IMG/VR virus record: IMGVR_UViG_3300042868_001476 | Coordinates: 1 to 35,183 of that record | Reading direction: 5' to 3' (one strand) | DNA: 35,183 nucleotides | Origin: a virus | Taxonomy: Duplodnaviria; Caudoviricetes | In this document: positions 25,774-33,946 of the stretch, piece after piece | How positions within the stretch are numbered: the first letter of the stretch is position 1 | How the letters are laid out: every line of letters starts with the position of its first letter | The notes under the pieces: model-generated | Told to the model about the DNA's origin: nothing | What the model saw: the letters and a program-made list of their open reading frames with translations, nothing else | The model's database searches: none | Program-made: the position numbers and the translations under genes

Positions 25774-25918
25774 TGCGTCGAATAGTATTATTATTCAACG
25801 CAAACCGTTACAATCTGTCACGGTTTTATAAAAATTTGTGACATAAATTATAAAAACTTGTTGTACCTTAATTATAAAATGTTGCTGATATTAATAACTT
25901 TATTTTAGATGTGGATAA
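25774..25918. promoter_or_regulatory. Array 2 of operator-like palindromes ending in a DnaA box
   Basis: Inverted repeats at 25774-802, 25802-26, 25816-43, 25848-77; TGTGGATAA at 25910-18. Confidence 0.7.
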
Positions 25919-25938
25919 GTTTATTATAATTTTATGTC

Positions 25939-26319
25939 ATGTTAGAGAAAGACTTACACAGGTTAGTTTGCGACTACATACGAAAACTTTACCCATACGT
26001 TATATTTAGAACTGACTTCAGTTCAGGAATGAGAATGAGTATAGGCATGGCTAAGCGACACAAAGCACTCCAGTATTCAAATGCTTATCCTGATTTATTT
26101 TTAGCAGAAGCACGAAAGGGTTATAATGGATTCTTTATTGAATTAAAAACAATAAATAATGTGGTATTTAAAAAAGATGGTTCAATGCGAAAGAACGCAC
26201 ATCATGAGGAACAGGAAACAATGATGCTAAAGCTAAGAGGAAAGGGATATAAAGCAGAATTTGGATTAGGATTCGGACACACAATTAAATTAATTAATGA
26301 ATATTTAAACAACCAATAA
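25939..26319 (+). CDS. VRR-NUC/PD-(D/E)xK nuclease (Holliday junction resolvase-like)
   Basis: E.DLH, YPDLF, FFIELK, GYKA. Confidence 0.8.
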   Translation: MLEKDLHRLVCDYIRKLYPYVIFRTDFSSGMRMSIGMAKRHKALQYSNAYPDLFLAEARKGYNGFFIELKTINNVVFKKDGSMRKNAHHEEQETMMLKLRGKGYKAEFGLGFGHTIKLINEYLNNQ

Positions 26320-26321
26320 CA

Positions 26322-26591
26322 ATGAACGAAGAAAAAAAACAACAAATCAGATTGGGAAGTGGTAAAAAGATTAACGATACTTTCCTAAGTTCAAGCCTGT
26401 GTATTACGGATGCCTTAGAGCATTCATACGAATACAATGGCAAAAAGTACATCAAGTTAAACATCAGCATATTTGCTGAACCTGACCAGTATGGAAAGAA
26501 CGTAAAGATTACTTTAAATGATTACGATCCAAAGAAAGCAAACGAAAGCAAGCCTGTAAGTATTAACACCAAAAGTGATTTACCTTTTTAA
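26322..26591 (+). CDS. Putative single-stranded DNA-binding protein
   Basis: GKKYIKLNI...DQYG; C-terminal DLPF tail. Confidence 0.65.
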   Translation: MNEEKKQQIRLGSGKKINDTFLSSSLCITDALEHSYEYNGKKYIKLNISIFAEPDQYGKNVKITLNDYDPKKANESKPVSINTKSDLPF

Positions 26592-26857
26592 TGAAAAACC
26601 ACACAAAAATATATTTAAAGTATTTTGGGTATGGGTTAGATTCGTATTTTGCATGTGAAGTCTGTGATAATCGTGGAGTAGATTTGCATCACATTGAAAA
26701 TAGGGGCATGGGTGGAAGTAAGACAAAAGATTATATCGAAAATTTAATTTGCGTTTGTAGACAATGTCATGATTTTTTTGGGGAAAAAGATGAATATTTA
26801 CAATTCTTAAAAAATAAGCATTATGAATTTATGGAACGAAATGGAAGAACAGTTTAA
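26591..26857 (+). CDS. HNH endonuclease (Zn-binding)
   Basis: [20 protein letters not shown]. Confidence 0.85.
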   Translation: MKNHTKIYLKYFGYGLDSYFACEVCDNRGVDLHHIENRGMGGSKTKDYIENLICVCRQCHDFFGEKDEYLQFLKNKHYEFMERNGRTV

Positions 26858-27347
26858 ACCAATTAAAGGTTATGAAGGATTATACGAAGCTGGAGAGTTT
26901 GGAAATATAAAGTCATTAATAACTAATAAACTATTAAAGAAATCAAAAGATGCGTATGGATATAGTAATGTAGGATTATCCCAAAACAATAAATCTATTA
27001 CCAAAAAAGTTCATAGATTAATTGCAATAGCTTTTATTCCTAATTTAGAAAAAAAACCACAAGTAAATCATATTAACGCAATTAAAACTGATAATAGAAT
27101 TGAAAATCTTGAATGGGTAACTTGTAAAGAAAATGTTAATCATGCAATAAAAATGGGGTTAAGGATAGAAGCTGGTAAATTAATAGGATTATGCAATATA
27201 AGAACAAAAAGCAAACAAACTTTAGATTTGTATACTGGAATTATATTTGATAGTTTAAAAATTGCTTGTAAATCATTAAATTTAAATTATAGTACACAGG
27301 CAAGCAGAATACGAGTTAAAATTAATACAAGATTACAATATATTTAA
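26841..27347 (+). mobile_element. Free-standing NUMOD4-HNH homing endonuclease gene
   Basis: [22 protein letters not shown]; [33 protein letters not shown]. Confidence 0.88.
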
Positions 27348-27356
27348 AATATAATT

Positions 27357-27536
27357 ATGGGATTACTAGAAGAAATTAACATTGATTTACATAAAAGAGA
27401 ACAAAAGGGAATTAAGACATATAACACTAAATTAGATGATGCAGATTTAAACAAAGAGCAGTTATTAAATCATTTATACGAGGAATTACTTGATTCGGTA
27501 TTTTACATAAAAAAATTAATCAATGATAAAAGTTAA
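27357..27536 (+). CDS. Small all-alpha NTP-pyrophosphatase-like protein, 59 aa (not in ORF track)
   Basis: MGLLEEINIDLHKREQKGIKTYNTKLDDADLNKEQLLNHLYEELLDSVFYIKKLINDKS; R...G..Y and EE..D..Y pattern. Confidence 0.6.
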   Translation: MGLLEEINIDLHKREQKGIKTYNTKLDDADLNKEQLLNHLYEELLDSVFYIKKLINDKS

Positions 27537-29028
27537 AGTTGCAGCTATCAAAAGCAATCCCAAAAATCCTAGATTAATAAAGGATGATAAATTTAAAAAA
27601 CTTGTAAAGTCTATAAAGGATTTTCCTGAAATGGAATCAGTCCGTCCAATTGTAGTTAATAAAGATATGATTATACTTGGCGGTAATATGCGTTATAAAG
27701 CTATGATTGAATGCGGTTATAAAGAAGTTAATGTTGAAGTAGTTGACTGGAGCGAACAAAAGCAGAACGAATTTATTATTAAAGACAATGTTTCTTTTGG
27801 TTTAAATGATTGGGATATATTAGCTAATGAATGGGATATGGAACAACTTGAAGATTGGGGGATGGATTTACCTGTATTTGATTATAAAGAAATAGAAGCA
27901 GAAGAAGATGACTTTGATGTGCCTGATGGTGGATTAGAAACTGATATAGTAATAGGCGATTTATTTGAGATAGGAGAGCATAGGTTATTATGCGGAGATT
28001 CAACTGATAGCGATGCCGTAGAAAAGTTAATGAATGGGCAGAAGGCTGATATGGCACACAATGACCCACCATATGGAATGAAGAAAGAAAAGCAAGGAGT
28101 ATTAAATGATAATCTTAATTATAATGATTTATTAGATTTTAATAGAGAATGGATTGGCTTACAATTTATGCACCTTAAAGAAAGCGGGAGTTGGTATTGT
28201 TGGGGTATTGATGAACCACTTATGGATATTTATAGCGAAATATTAAAGCCATACATTGCAGAACAAAAAGCAACATTTAGAAATTTAATTACTTGGGATA
28301 AAGGACACGGACAAGGTCAAAATTCAGATAATACAAGGAGTTATGCAATAGCAGATGAAAAATGTTTATTTGCTATGATGGGAGTGCAATCATTTGAATT
28401 TGAAAGAAATGAGCAAAAATATAATATAGTATTTGAAAAATTAAGATTGTATTTTGAAGATGAACGAAAAAAAAGTAAATTATCAGTAGAAGAATTATCA
28501 AAAATAGATAGTACAAGAGTATCGCATTATTGGGCTAAAAGTCAATGGGAATTTCCTACAAAAGAAGCTTATAAAAAAATACAAAACTATTGCATTGAAA
28601 ATAATATAGATGCTTTTAAAAAGGAATACGAAGAACTTAAAAAGGAATACGAAGAACTTAAAAAGGAATATTATTCAACACGAGCATATTTTAATAATAT
28701 ACACGATAATTTTAATAATGTTTGGAAGTTTGAAAGGCATTTGCGACAAGGAGATGAAGGAGGACACGCAACACCTAAACCAATTCCATTATGTGAAAGA
28801 GCAATTAAATCAAGTTGCCCAGATAAAGGATTAGTTTTAGATGTATTTCTTGGTAGCGGTTCAACAATGGTAGCTGCTAATCAACTTAAACGCAAATGCT
28901 TTGGTATGGAACTTGACCCAAAGTATTGCCAAGTGATAGTAAAAAGAATGCTTAAACTAGAACCTACATTAAGGATTAAAAGAAATGGAATTGATGAAAC
29001 GCAAAAATGGTTAGATGAACAAGTGTAA
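27523..29028 (+). CDS. ParB-like domain fused to N6/N4 DNA methyltransferase (beta class)
   Basis: NPKNPR.I, RPIVV, LGGNMR; HRLLCGDS, DPPY, HATPKP, DVFLGSGST, GMELDPKY. Confidence 0.92.
   Translation: MIKVKVAAIKSNPKNPRLIKDDKFKKLVKSIKDFPEMESVRPIVVNKDMIILGGNMRYKAMIECGYKEVNVEVVDWSEQKQNEFIIKDNVSFGLNDWDILANEWDMEQLEDWGMDLPVFDYKEIEAEEDDFDVPDGGLETDIVIGDLFEIGEHRLLCGDSTDSDAVEKLMNGQKADMAHNDPPYGMKKEKQGVLNDNLNYNDLLDFNREWIGLQFMHLKESGSWYCWGIDEPLMDIYSEILKPYIAEQKATFRNLITWDKGHGQGQNSDNTRSYAIADEKCLFAMMGVQSFEFERNEQKYNIVFEKLRLYFEDERKKSKLSVEELSKIDSTRVSHYWAKSQWEFPTKEAYKKIQNYCIENNIDAFKKEYEELKKEYEELKKEYYSTRAYFNNIHDNFNNVWKFERHLRQGDEGGHATPKPIPLCERAIKSSCPDKGLVLDVFLGSGSTMVAANQLKRKCFGMELDPKYCQVIVKRMLKLEPTLRIKRNGIDETQKWLDEQV
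28616..28670 (+). repeat. 21-bp tandem repeat (~2.6 copies) in the MTase
   Basis: TTAAAAAGGAATACGAAGAAC x2 plus a partial copy; encodes KKEYEEL. Confidence 0.9.
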
Positions 29029-29527
29029 TGATATAGTCCTAGAGATATACAACCATCCTGACCTAATAAAAGCAATTAGCAAAACAAAGCCTGAATCAAT
29101 ACAAGACGATTTGCGCCAAGAAATAGCAGTTAGCTTATTACTTCAGCCTTGTGATAAGATATCAGCTTTATTTGCCTCTAATAACTTATTACGATATGCT
29201 ATTAAGATATGTTGGTTTATGGCTACTTCTAAAACATCAGAATTCTATTATAAATACAAAAAAAGTGATTTATTAAAGGCGGTTGAGTATTTTAATAGTC
29301 AATTAGATTTACCGATAATACCAGAAAGTTTAGCAGAAGAGGCAACAAAAGCGCTTACAAAGAATAACATAGATATTGAAACCGACCACGAAATAAGAAT
29401 ATTTAATAAATACGTAGAACTTGGAAGCAATAGAAAGGTAGCAGAGTATTACGGAATCCCAGTCAACCACGTTTGCAATATTACTAACAAAGTAAAAAAA
29501 GAATTAAAATGTATATTATTATCATAG
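29015..29527 (+). CDS. Phage sigma-70/ECF-like transcription factor
   Basis: Region-2-like QDDLRQEI and region-4 HTH SNRKVAEYYGIPVNHVCNITNKVKKELK; 170 aa. Confidence 0.7.
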   Translation: MNKCNDIVLEIYNHPDLIKAISKTKPESIQDDLRQEIAVSLLLQPCDKISALFASNNLLRYAIKICWFMATSKTSEFYYKYKKSDLLKAVEYFNSQLDLPIIPESLAEEATKALTKNNIDIETDHEIRIFNKYVELGSNRKVAEYYGIPVNHVCNITNKVKKELKCILLS

Positions 29528-29748
29528 CAGCCTTTACATTTGCTTATTACTTTATTAATGTATTTAATGGGCATATCATACTAAAACGGATATTTAAAAT
29601 ACCTTTAGTAAAACGATTAAGACCTTTTGACTGTATTCAATGCCTTACTGTTTGGTCAGCATTAGCATTTACGTTTCTACCTATTCATACAGTAGAAACA
29701 ATAGCAGTAATATTTGCAGCAGGATTTATATCGATTAAAATAAAGTAG
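29509..29748 (+). CDS. Small membrane protein with CxxC (DUF1360-like)
   Basis: RPFDCIQCLTVW between hydrophobic helices. Confidence 0.6.
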   Translation: MYIIIIAAFTFAYYFINVFNGHIILKRIFKIPLVKRLRPFDCIQCLTVWSALAFTFLPIHTVETIAVIFAAGFISIKIK

Positions 29749-29801
29749 GGTAAAAGGTAGGTTAAAAAGTAGGTTAAAAAGTAGATACAAAAGTAGATAC
29801 A
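29742..29801 (+). repeat. 5 x 12-bp intergenic tandem repeat
   Basis: AAAGTAGGGTAA AAGGTAGGTTAA AAAGTAGGTTAA AAAGTAGATACA AAAGTAGATACA. Confidence 0.9.
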
Positions 29802-29806
29802 AAAGC

Positions 29807-30796
29807 ATGAACATAATAGGATTAACACATAAGGAATCAGGATGCGGATATCATAGAGTAATACTACCACTTGCTTTTATGGATGACATTAAAGGTTATG
29901 TAACCAACTTTATAACTGAAGATAAGACCGATAATTGGGATATTTTAGTTTATAATAGGATATGCCAATACGATATTAATTGGAACAAAACAAAGGAACT
30001 GCTTGGGTGTAAAGTAGTTATGGATATAGATGACCATTGGGATTTACCTTACAATCATATCAATTACCAATCTTATCAGGACATGGGTAAAAGGATTGAA
30101 ACAAATATATCTGAAGCGGACTTAGTTACGGTTACCAATCAAGCATTATTGAATAAAGTAAAGCAGTTTACAGACAAGGCGGTAATAATGCCTAATGCTT
30201 TGCCTTATGGTATTAATCAGTTTACAGATATAAAAATAGAATCGGAAAAGATAAGATTATTTTGGTGCGGTAGTGTAAGTCATGAGAACGATATAAAAAT
30301 ACTTAGAGAACCACTTAAAAGATTAACTGGTAATATTCAAATGGTAATGGGTGGGTATAATGATAGCGACCCTTTAACTAAATCTATTTGGGATAGAATG
30401 TTTTCAATGTTTGCTGGTAGGCATCCATCGGTTAAACTACCATCAACAAGTCCTACTCAATACATGGATATGTATAATTATGCTGATATCGTTTTAATAC
30501 CTTTGGAGGATAGCGAATGGCACGGATGCAAAAGCAATCTTAAAATATTAGAAGCAGCAGCAAAGAGATTGCCTGTTATCTGTTCAAATGTTGCACCTTA
30601 TAATATGGATACTGATGCTCCTGTGTTATGGGTAAATAATCAAAAAGACTGGTTTAAATATATTAATTTATTAATCAATAATCCAAGCCTAAGGGAAAAT
30701 TTAGGCAATGAACTATATGCGTGGGCGTCCAAAAGGTACAACTTCAAAGAAATTAATGAGCAAAGATTTAATGCCTACAAAAGCATTATTAGTTGA
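29807..30796 (+). CDS. Glycosyltransferase, GT-B fold (GT4-like)
   Basis: GCGYHRV..P, MDIDDHW, PNA, KSNLKILEA....PVICS.V.PY. Confidence 0.85.
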   Translation: MNIIGLTHKESGCGYHRVILPLAFMDDIKGYVTNFITEDKTDNWDILVYNRICQYDINWNKTKELLGCKVVMDIDDHWDLPYNHINYQSYQDMGKRIETNISEADLVTVTNQALLNKVKQFTDKAVIMPNALPYGINQFTDIKIESEKIRLFWCGSVSHENDIKILREPLKRLTGNIQMVMGGYNDSDPLTKSIWDRMFSMFAGRHPSVKLPSTSPTQYMDMYNYADIVLIPLEDSEWHGCKSNLKILEAAAKRLPVICSNVAPYNMDTDAPVLWVNNQKDWFKYINLLINNPSLRENLGNELYAWASKRYNFKEINEQRFNAYKSIIS

Positions 30797-31013
30797 GAAA
30801 GCAGTAAATGAAATATTTGATAAGCATAGGCACTTTTACGATTTCTACCATAAGACAGGGGAGATAGTAAACTTTAATCATGATATTCAAAAAGAATTAT
30901 TAAATGAGTATAGAAGGGTAAAGGATGCGTACTATCATTATAATACTAATTGTACTATATGTGTTATTGACTTCCTTAATTTAATTTACCGATGGTATGA
31001 CATTCAAGCATAG
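30756..31013 (+). CDS. Hypothetical protein with C-terminal CxxC
   Basis: NCTICV; start uncertain (30756 or 30771). Confidence 0.55.
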   Translation: MSKDLMPTKALLVEKAVNEIFDKHRHFYDFYHKTGEIVNFNHDIQKELLNEYRRVKDAYYHYNTNCTICVIDFLNLIYRWYDIQA

Positions 31014-31659
31014 TGGAGCAACTGGGGATATTATATTTAGCTTACCAACAATAAGAAAGATGGGGGGTGGTACTTTGTATATTACACCTTATAATCTGCA
31101 AAGGGCTGAAAGCATAGCACCATTTATTAAAATACAGGATTATATTGCCGATGTTATAGTAAGCGATAACCTGCCACATATTGATGTTGATTTAGATAAG
31201 TTTAGGGTATATGCAGGACATGATTCAAATTTGATTGAGGCGCATTTAAAGGCACAAAATTTAGTAGATAATAGTTGGAAAGATGGATGGCTAAGAATTG
31301 AAGATAATAAGCCTATAATCGATTACACGTATTCAGTAATTAATACAGGAAGCAATTACCTAGACCCTAACTTTGATTGGAACAAAGAAATTAAATACTT
31401 ACTAACTTTAAGCGAAAGGGTTTTTTATTTAGGTTATAGGGGTGAATTTGATTTATTAAATAATAATGAAGCAGAATTTTTTGAATGTGATTTCTTAACT
31501 GCTGCTGAAATGATTTATTATGCTCAAATGTTTACAGGTGGATATTCTGCCTTGTCAACGATAGCAATGGGATTAGGTATTAATTACAGGATGGTTCAAG
31601 CACCTAACCATACTTGCAGCAGCTTATTAATGGAACGAGAAAAAATAGTTAATTTATGA
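30997..31659 (+). CDS. GT9/heptosyltransferase-like glycosyltransferase
   Basis: HSGATGDIIFSLP at the N-terminus and A.MI..A.MFTGGYSALSTIA.GLG. Confidence 0.65.
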   Translation: MTFKHSGATGDIIFSLPTIRKMGGGTLYITPYNLQRAESIAPFIKIQDYIADVIVSDNLPHIDVDLDKFRVYAGHDSNLIEAHLKAQNLVDNSWKDGWLRIEDNKPIIDYTYSVINTGSNYLDPNFDWNKEIKYLLTLSERVFYLGYRGEFDLLNNNEAEFFECDFLTAAEMIYYAQMFTGGYSALSTIAMGLGINYRMVQAPNHTCSSLLMEREKIVNL

Positions 31660-32039
31660 GTTTAGAGAAACAACCACATGGAGGATTTTTAAATAGATAC
31701 GAGAAAGGGGCAGCATGGAAAGGTAACCGTAATGGCAGACCTAGAAAGTACATTACCGAATTAGCGCCAATGGGTTATAAGAATGCTCAAGTAATGGATT
31801 GCATTCAGGTATTGATGGCAATGACAGTTGATGAACTGAAAGCGGTATGGGATAATAAAGAAAGCACGATATTAGAAAAGACCCTAGCAAATGCGCTAAT
31901 TAAGTCAATGGCTAAAGGTTCGTTATATTCAGTTGATACTTTATTGAGCAGGGTATATGGTAAGCCAAAAGAAACAACGGCGGTAATACAGGATTCTAAA
32001 ATAGAAGTTGTATTTGTTAAGGGTAAAACTATTCTATGA
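31656..32039 (+). CDS. Terminase small subunit (putative)
   Basis: KG..GN.NGRP motif, LLSRVYGKP; ATGA-coupled to TerL. Confidence 0.7.
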   Translation: MSLEKQPHGGFLNRYEKGAAWKGNRNGRPRKYITELAPMGYKNAQVMDCIQVLMAMTVDELKAVWDNKESTILEKTLANALIKSMAKGSLYSVDTLLSRVYGKPKETTAVIQDSKIEVVFVKGKTIL

Positions 32040-33190
32040 TTTTAGAACTGCCTGAAGCACATAAAAATCAAACTAAAATACTTGAATCAAATGCAAGGTT
32101 TCGAGTTGTAATGTGCGGTAGAAGGTTTGGTAAATCTGAATTAAGTCAGGTAGAAATAATAAGCAATGCCATCCAAGGGATGAACGTTGCTTACATCACC
32201 CCTACATATAAACTAGCAAAAACATTTTTTGAGAAACTTACTCAATGCGTGCCTTTTGAAAACAACAAAAGCGATTTAACAATTCATTTTCCCAATATGG
32301 GAACTGTTGAATTTTTTACAGGCGAAAGACTAGATAACCTAAGAGGTAGAAAATTTCATTTAGTAGTAATAGACGAAGCAAGTTTTATACCTAACCTTGA
32401 AGATGGCTGGTTAAATTCAATCAGGCCAACGTTAACCGATTATCAAGGTAGAGCATTATTCCTATCTACTCCTAGAGGTAAGAACTATTTTTATTCGTTA
32501 TACATGAAAGGTGGGCAAAGAGATTGGGAAAGTTTTAAATTTACCACTTATGACAATCCTTATATTTTAACATCAGAGATTAATGATGCAAAAGCACAGT
32601 TGCCATCAGTTGTATTTGAGCAGGAATACATGGCCAACCCTATGGAAAATGCAGCCAATCCATTTGGTAGTGAACACATTGCAAAGTGTACCTGTAATTT
32701 AAGTTACAATGAACCTATGTACTTTGGTATTGATTTGGCAAAGTCTGTGGATTGGACTGTTATAATAGGATTAGATAGTGATGGTAAAGTAAGTTACTAT
32801 GAACGGTTCCAAAAAGATTGGCTTCAGACTAAAGAAACAATTAGACAGATAAGAAAGCACAAACATATTTTTATTGATAGTACTGGAGTAGGTGATGCAA
32901 TTGTAGAGGACTTACAAAAGCACTTCAACGATATGACAGGGTTTAAATACACATCAACCAGCAAGCAGCAGTTAATGGAAAGCCTTGCAAGTTCAATTCA
33001 TAAAGGCGAGATAGGATTTCCCGAAGGAGCAATAAAAGATGAATTAGAAATATTTGAATACTTATTTACATCAACAGGGGTAAGGTATTCTGCACCATCA
33101 GGATTCCATGATGACTGTGTTAATGCTTTAGCTTTAGCTAATAAATGCCGAATAGAAAACAAGGGAAGCGGTCAATATCATTTCATTTAA
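32036..33190 (+). CDS. terL: Terminase large subunit
   Basis: GRRFGKS Walker A, VVIDEA Walker B, STP, FEQEY.A, GIDLA, IDSTGVG, HDDCV.ALALA. Confidence 0.96.
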   Translation: MILELPEAHKNQTKILESNARFRVVMCGRRFGKSELSQVEIISNAIQGMNVAYITPTYKLAKTFFEKLTQCVPFENNKSDLTIHFPNMGTVEFFTGERLDNLRGRKFHLVVIDEASFIPNLEDGWLNSIRPTLTDYQGRALFLSTPRGKNYFYSLYMKGGQRDWESFKFTTYDNPYILTSEINDAKAQLPSVVFEQEYMANPMENAANPFGSEHIAKCTCNLSYNEPMYFGIDLAKSVDWTVIIGLDSDGKVSYYERFQKDWLQTKETIRQIRKHKHIFIDSTGVGDAIVEDLQKHFNDMTGFKYTSTSKQQLMESLASSIHKGEIGFPEGAIKDELEIFEYLFTSTGVRYSAPSGFHDDCVNALALANKCRIENKGSGQYHFI

Positions 33191-33192
33191 TT

Positions 33193-33218
33193 ACATTTTT
33201 CAAAAACTTATATAATAG
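33193..33218 (+). promoter_or_regulatory. Candidate late promoter ACA-N14-ATATAATAG
   Basis: ACATTTTTCAAAAACTTATATAATAG; ends 3 nt before ATG 33222. Confidence 0.55.
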
Positions 33219-33221
33219 ATT

Positions 33222-33863
33222 ATGACAATTAAGCAATTTCAAGAGTTGTACTATGTGGCTACTTCCGAAGATATGGACTTTGATAAGTCGATAAAGATGG
33301 TTGGGATAGTAACTAAAAAGACACCCGAGCAAGTAGAGGCAATGTCAATGATTCGGTTCAATTTACTTTGCGGCAGGGTGCATAATGAATTTAGGATATT
33401 TGAGAAAGACTTAATGAAGGGAAAGCCTAGAAAAATAGTAAGAGTAGGAAAGCGATTCTATAAAATTAATTACGATGTAGCAAAATGTAAAGCATCAACC
33501 TATGTTGAAGTGGCAACTTTTAGCACTGATATAATTCAGAACCTGCACAAAATAATGGCTTCAATAGTAACACCAGTTAGATTTAAATGGGGTAAGTGGG
33601 TTGAGCATGAAGAACTTGCAACGGATTTAGAGAAGATGGATTTTGAGGTTGCTTACCATGCAGCGGTTTTTTTTTACACTTTATTCAACGTATCAATGCA
33701 AGTTATCCAGCCTTATTTGGTAGCAGAGATGACAAAGAAAGGGATAGCGAAGGAGAAAGCGATGGAGGTGTTGACGATTTCACAAAACATTTTGGATGGC
33801 TTTACAATGCCAAGATGGTCGCAGACTTCGAAAGAATATCTATTGAATCGGTTTGGAATTTAA
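33222..33863 (+). CDS. Tail assembly chaperone (frame-0 product)
   Basis: 213 aa; contains a T9 slippery run (VFF) with an open -1 frame; upstream of the tail genes. Confidence 0.6.
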   Translation: MTIKQFQELYYVATSEDMDFDKSIKMVGIVTKKTPEQVEAMSMIRFNLLCGRVHNEFRIFEKDLMKGKPRKIVRVGKRFYKINYDVAKCKASTYVEVATFSTDIIQNLHKIMASIVTPVRFKWGKWVEHEELATDLEKMDFEVAYHAAVFFYTLFNVSMQVIQPYLVAEMTKKGIAKEKAMEVLTISQNILDGFTMPRWSQTSKEYLLNRFGI

Positions 33864-33946
33864 AAGTAATTAATTTTTTAAATGATTTGCTTTATTTAAA
33901 ATTAAAACAGGATAAGGATAATGAGTATCTCAAAAAGTCAGCTTGA
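33674..33946 (+). CDS. -1 frameshift extension of the chaperone (90 aa; fusion ~241 aa)
   Basis: LHFIQRINASYPALFGSRDDKERDSEGESDGGVDDFTKHFGWLYNAKMVADFERISIESVWNLKVINFLNDLLYLKLKQDKDNEYLKKSA, no stops; covers the gap to 33921. Confidence 0.7.
   Translation, partial: LHFIQRINASYPALFGSRDDKERDSEGESDGGVDDFTKHFGWLYNAKMVADFERISIESVWNLKVINFLNDLLYLKLKQDKDNEYLKKSA

Noticed and set aside
25112-25938. CRISPR array or integron cassette interpretation of the palindrome arrays
   Set aside because: No constant repeat with unique spacers, no clear attC GTTRRRY/RYYYAAC boundaries, and no cas or integrase gene.
28610-28834. 74-aa + strand ORF inside the MTase
   Set aside because: Alternate-frame by-product of the 21-bp repeat; fully nested.
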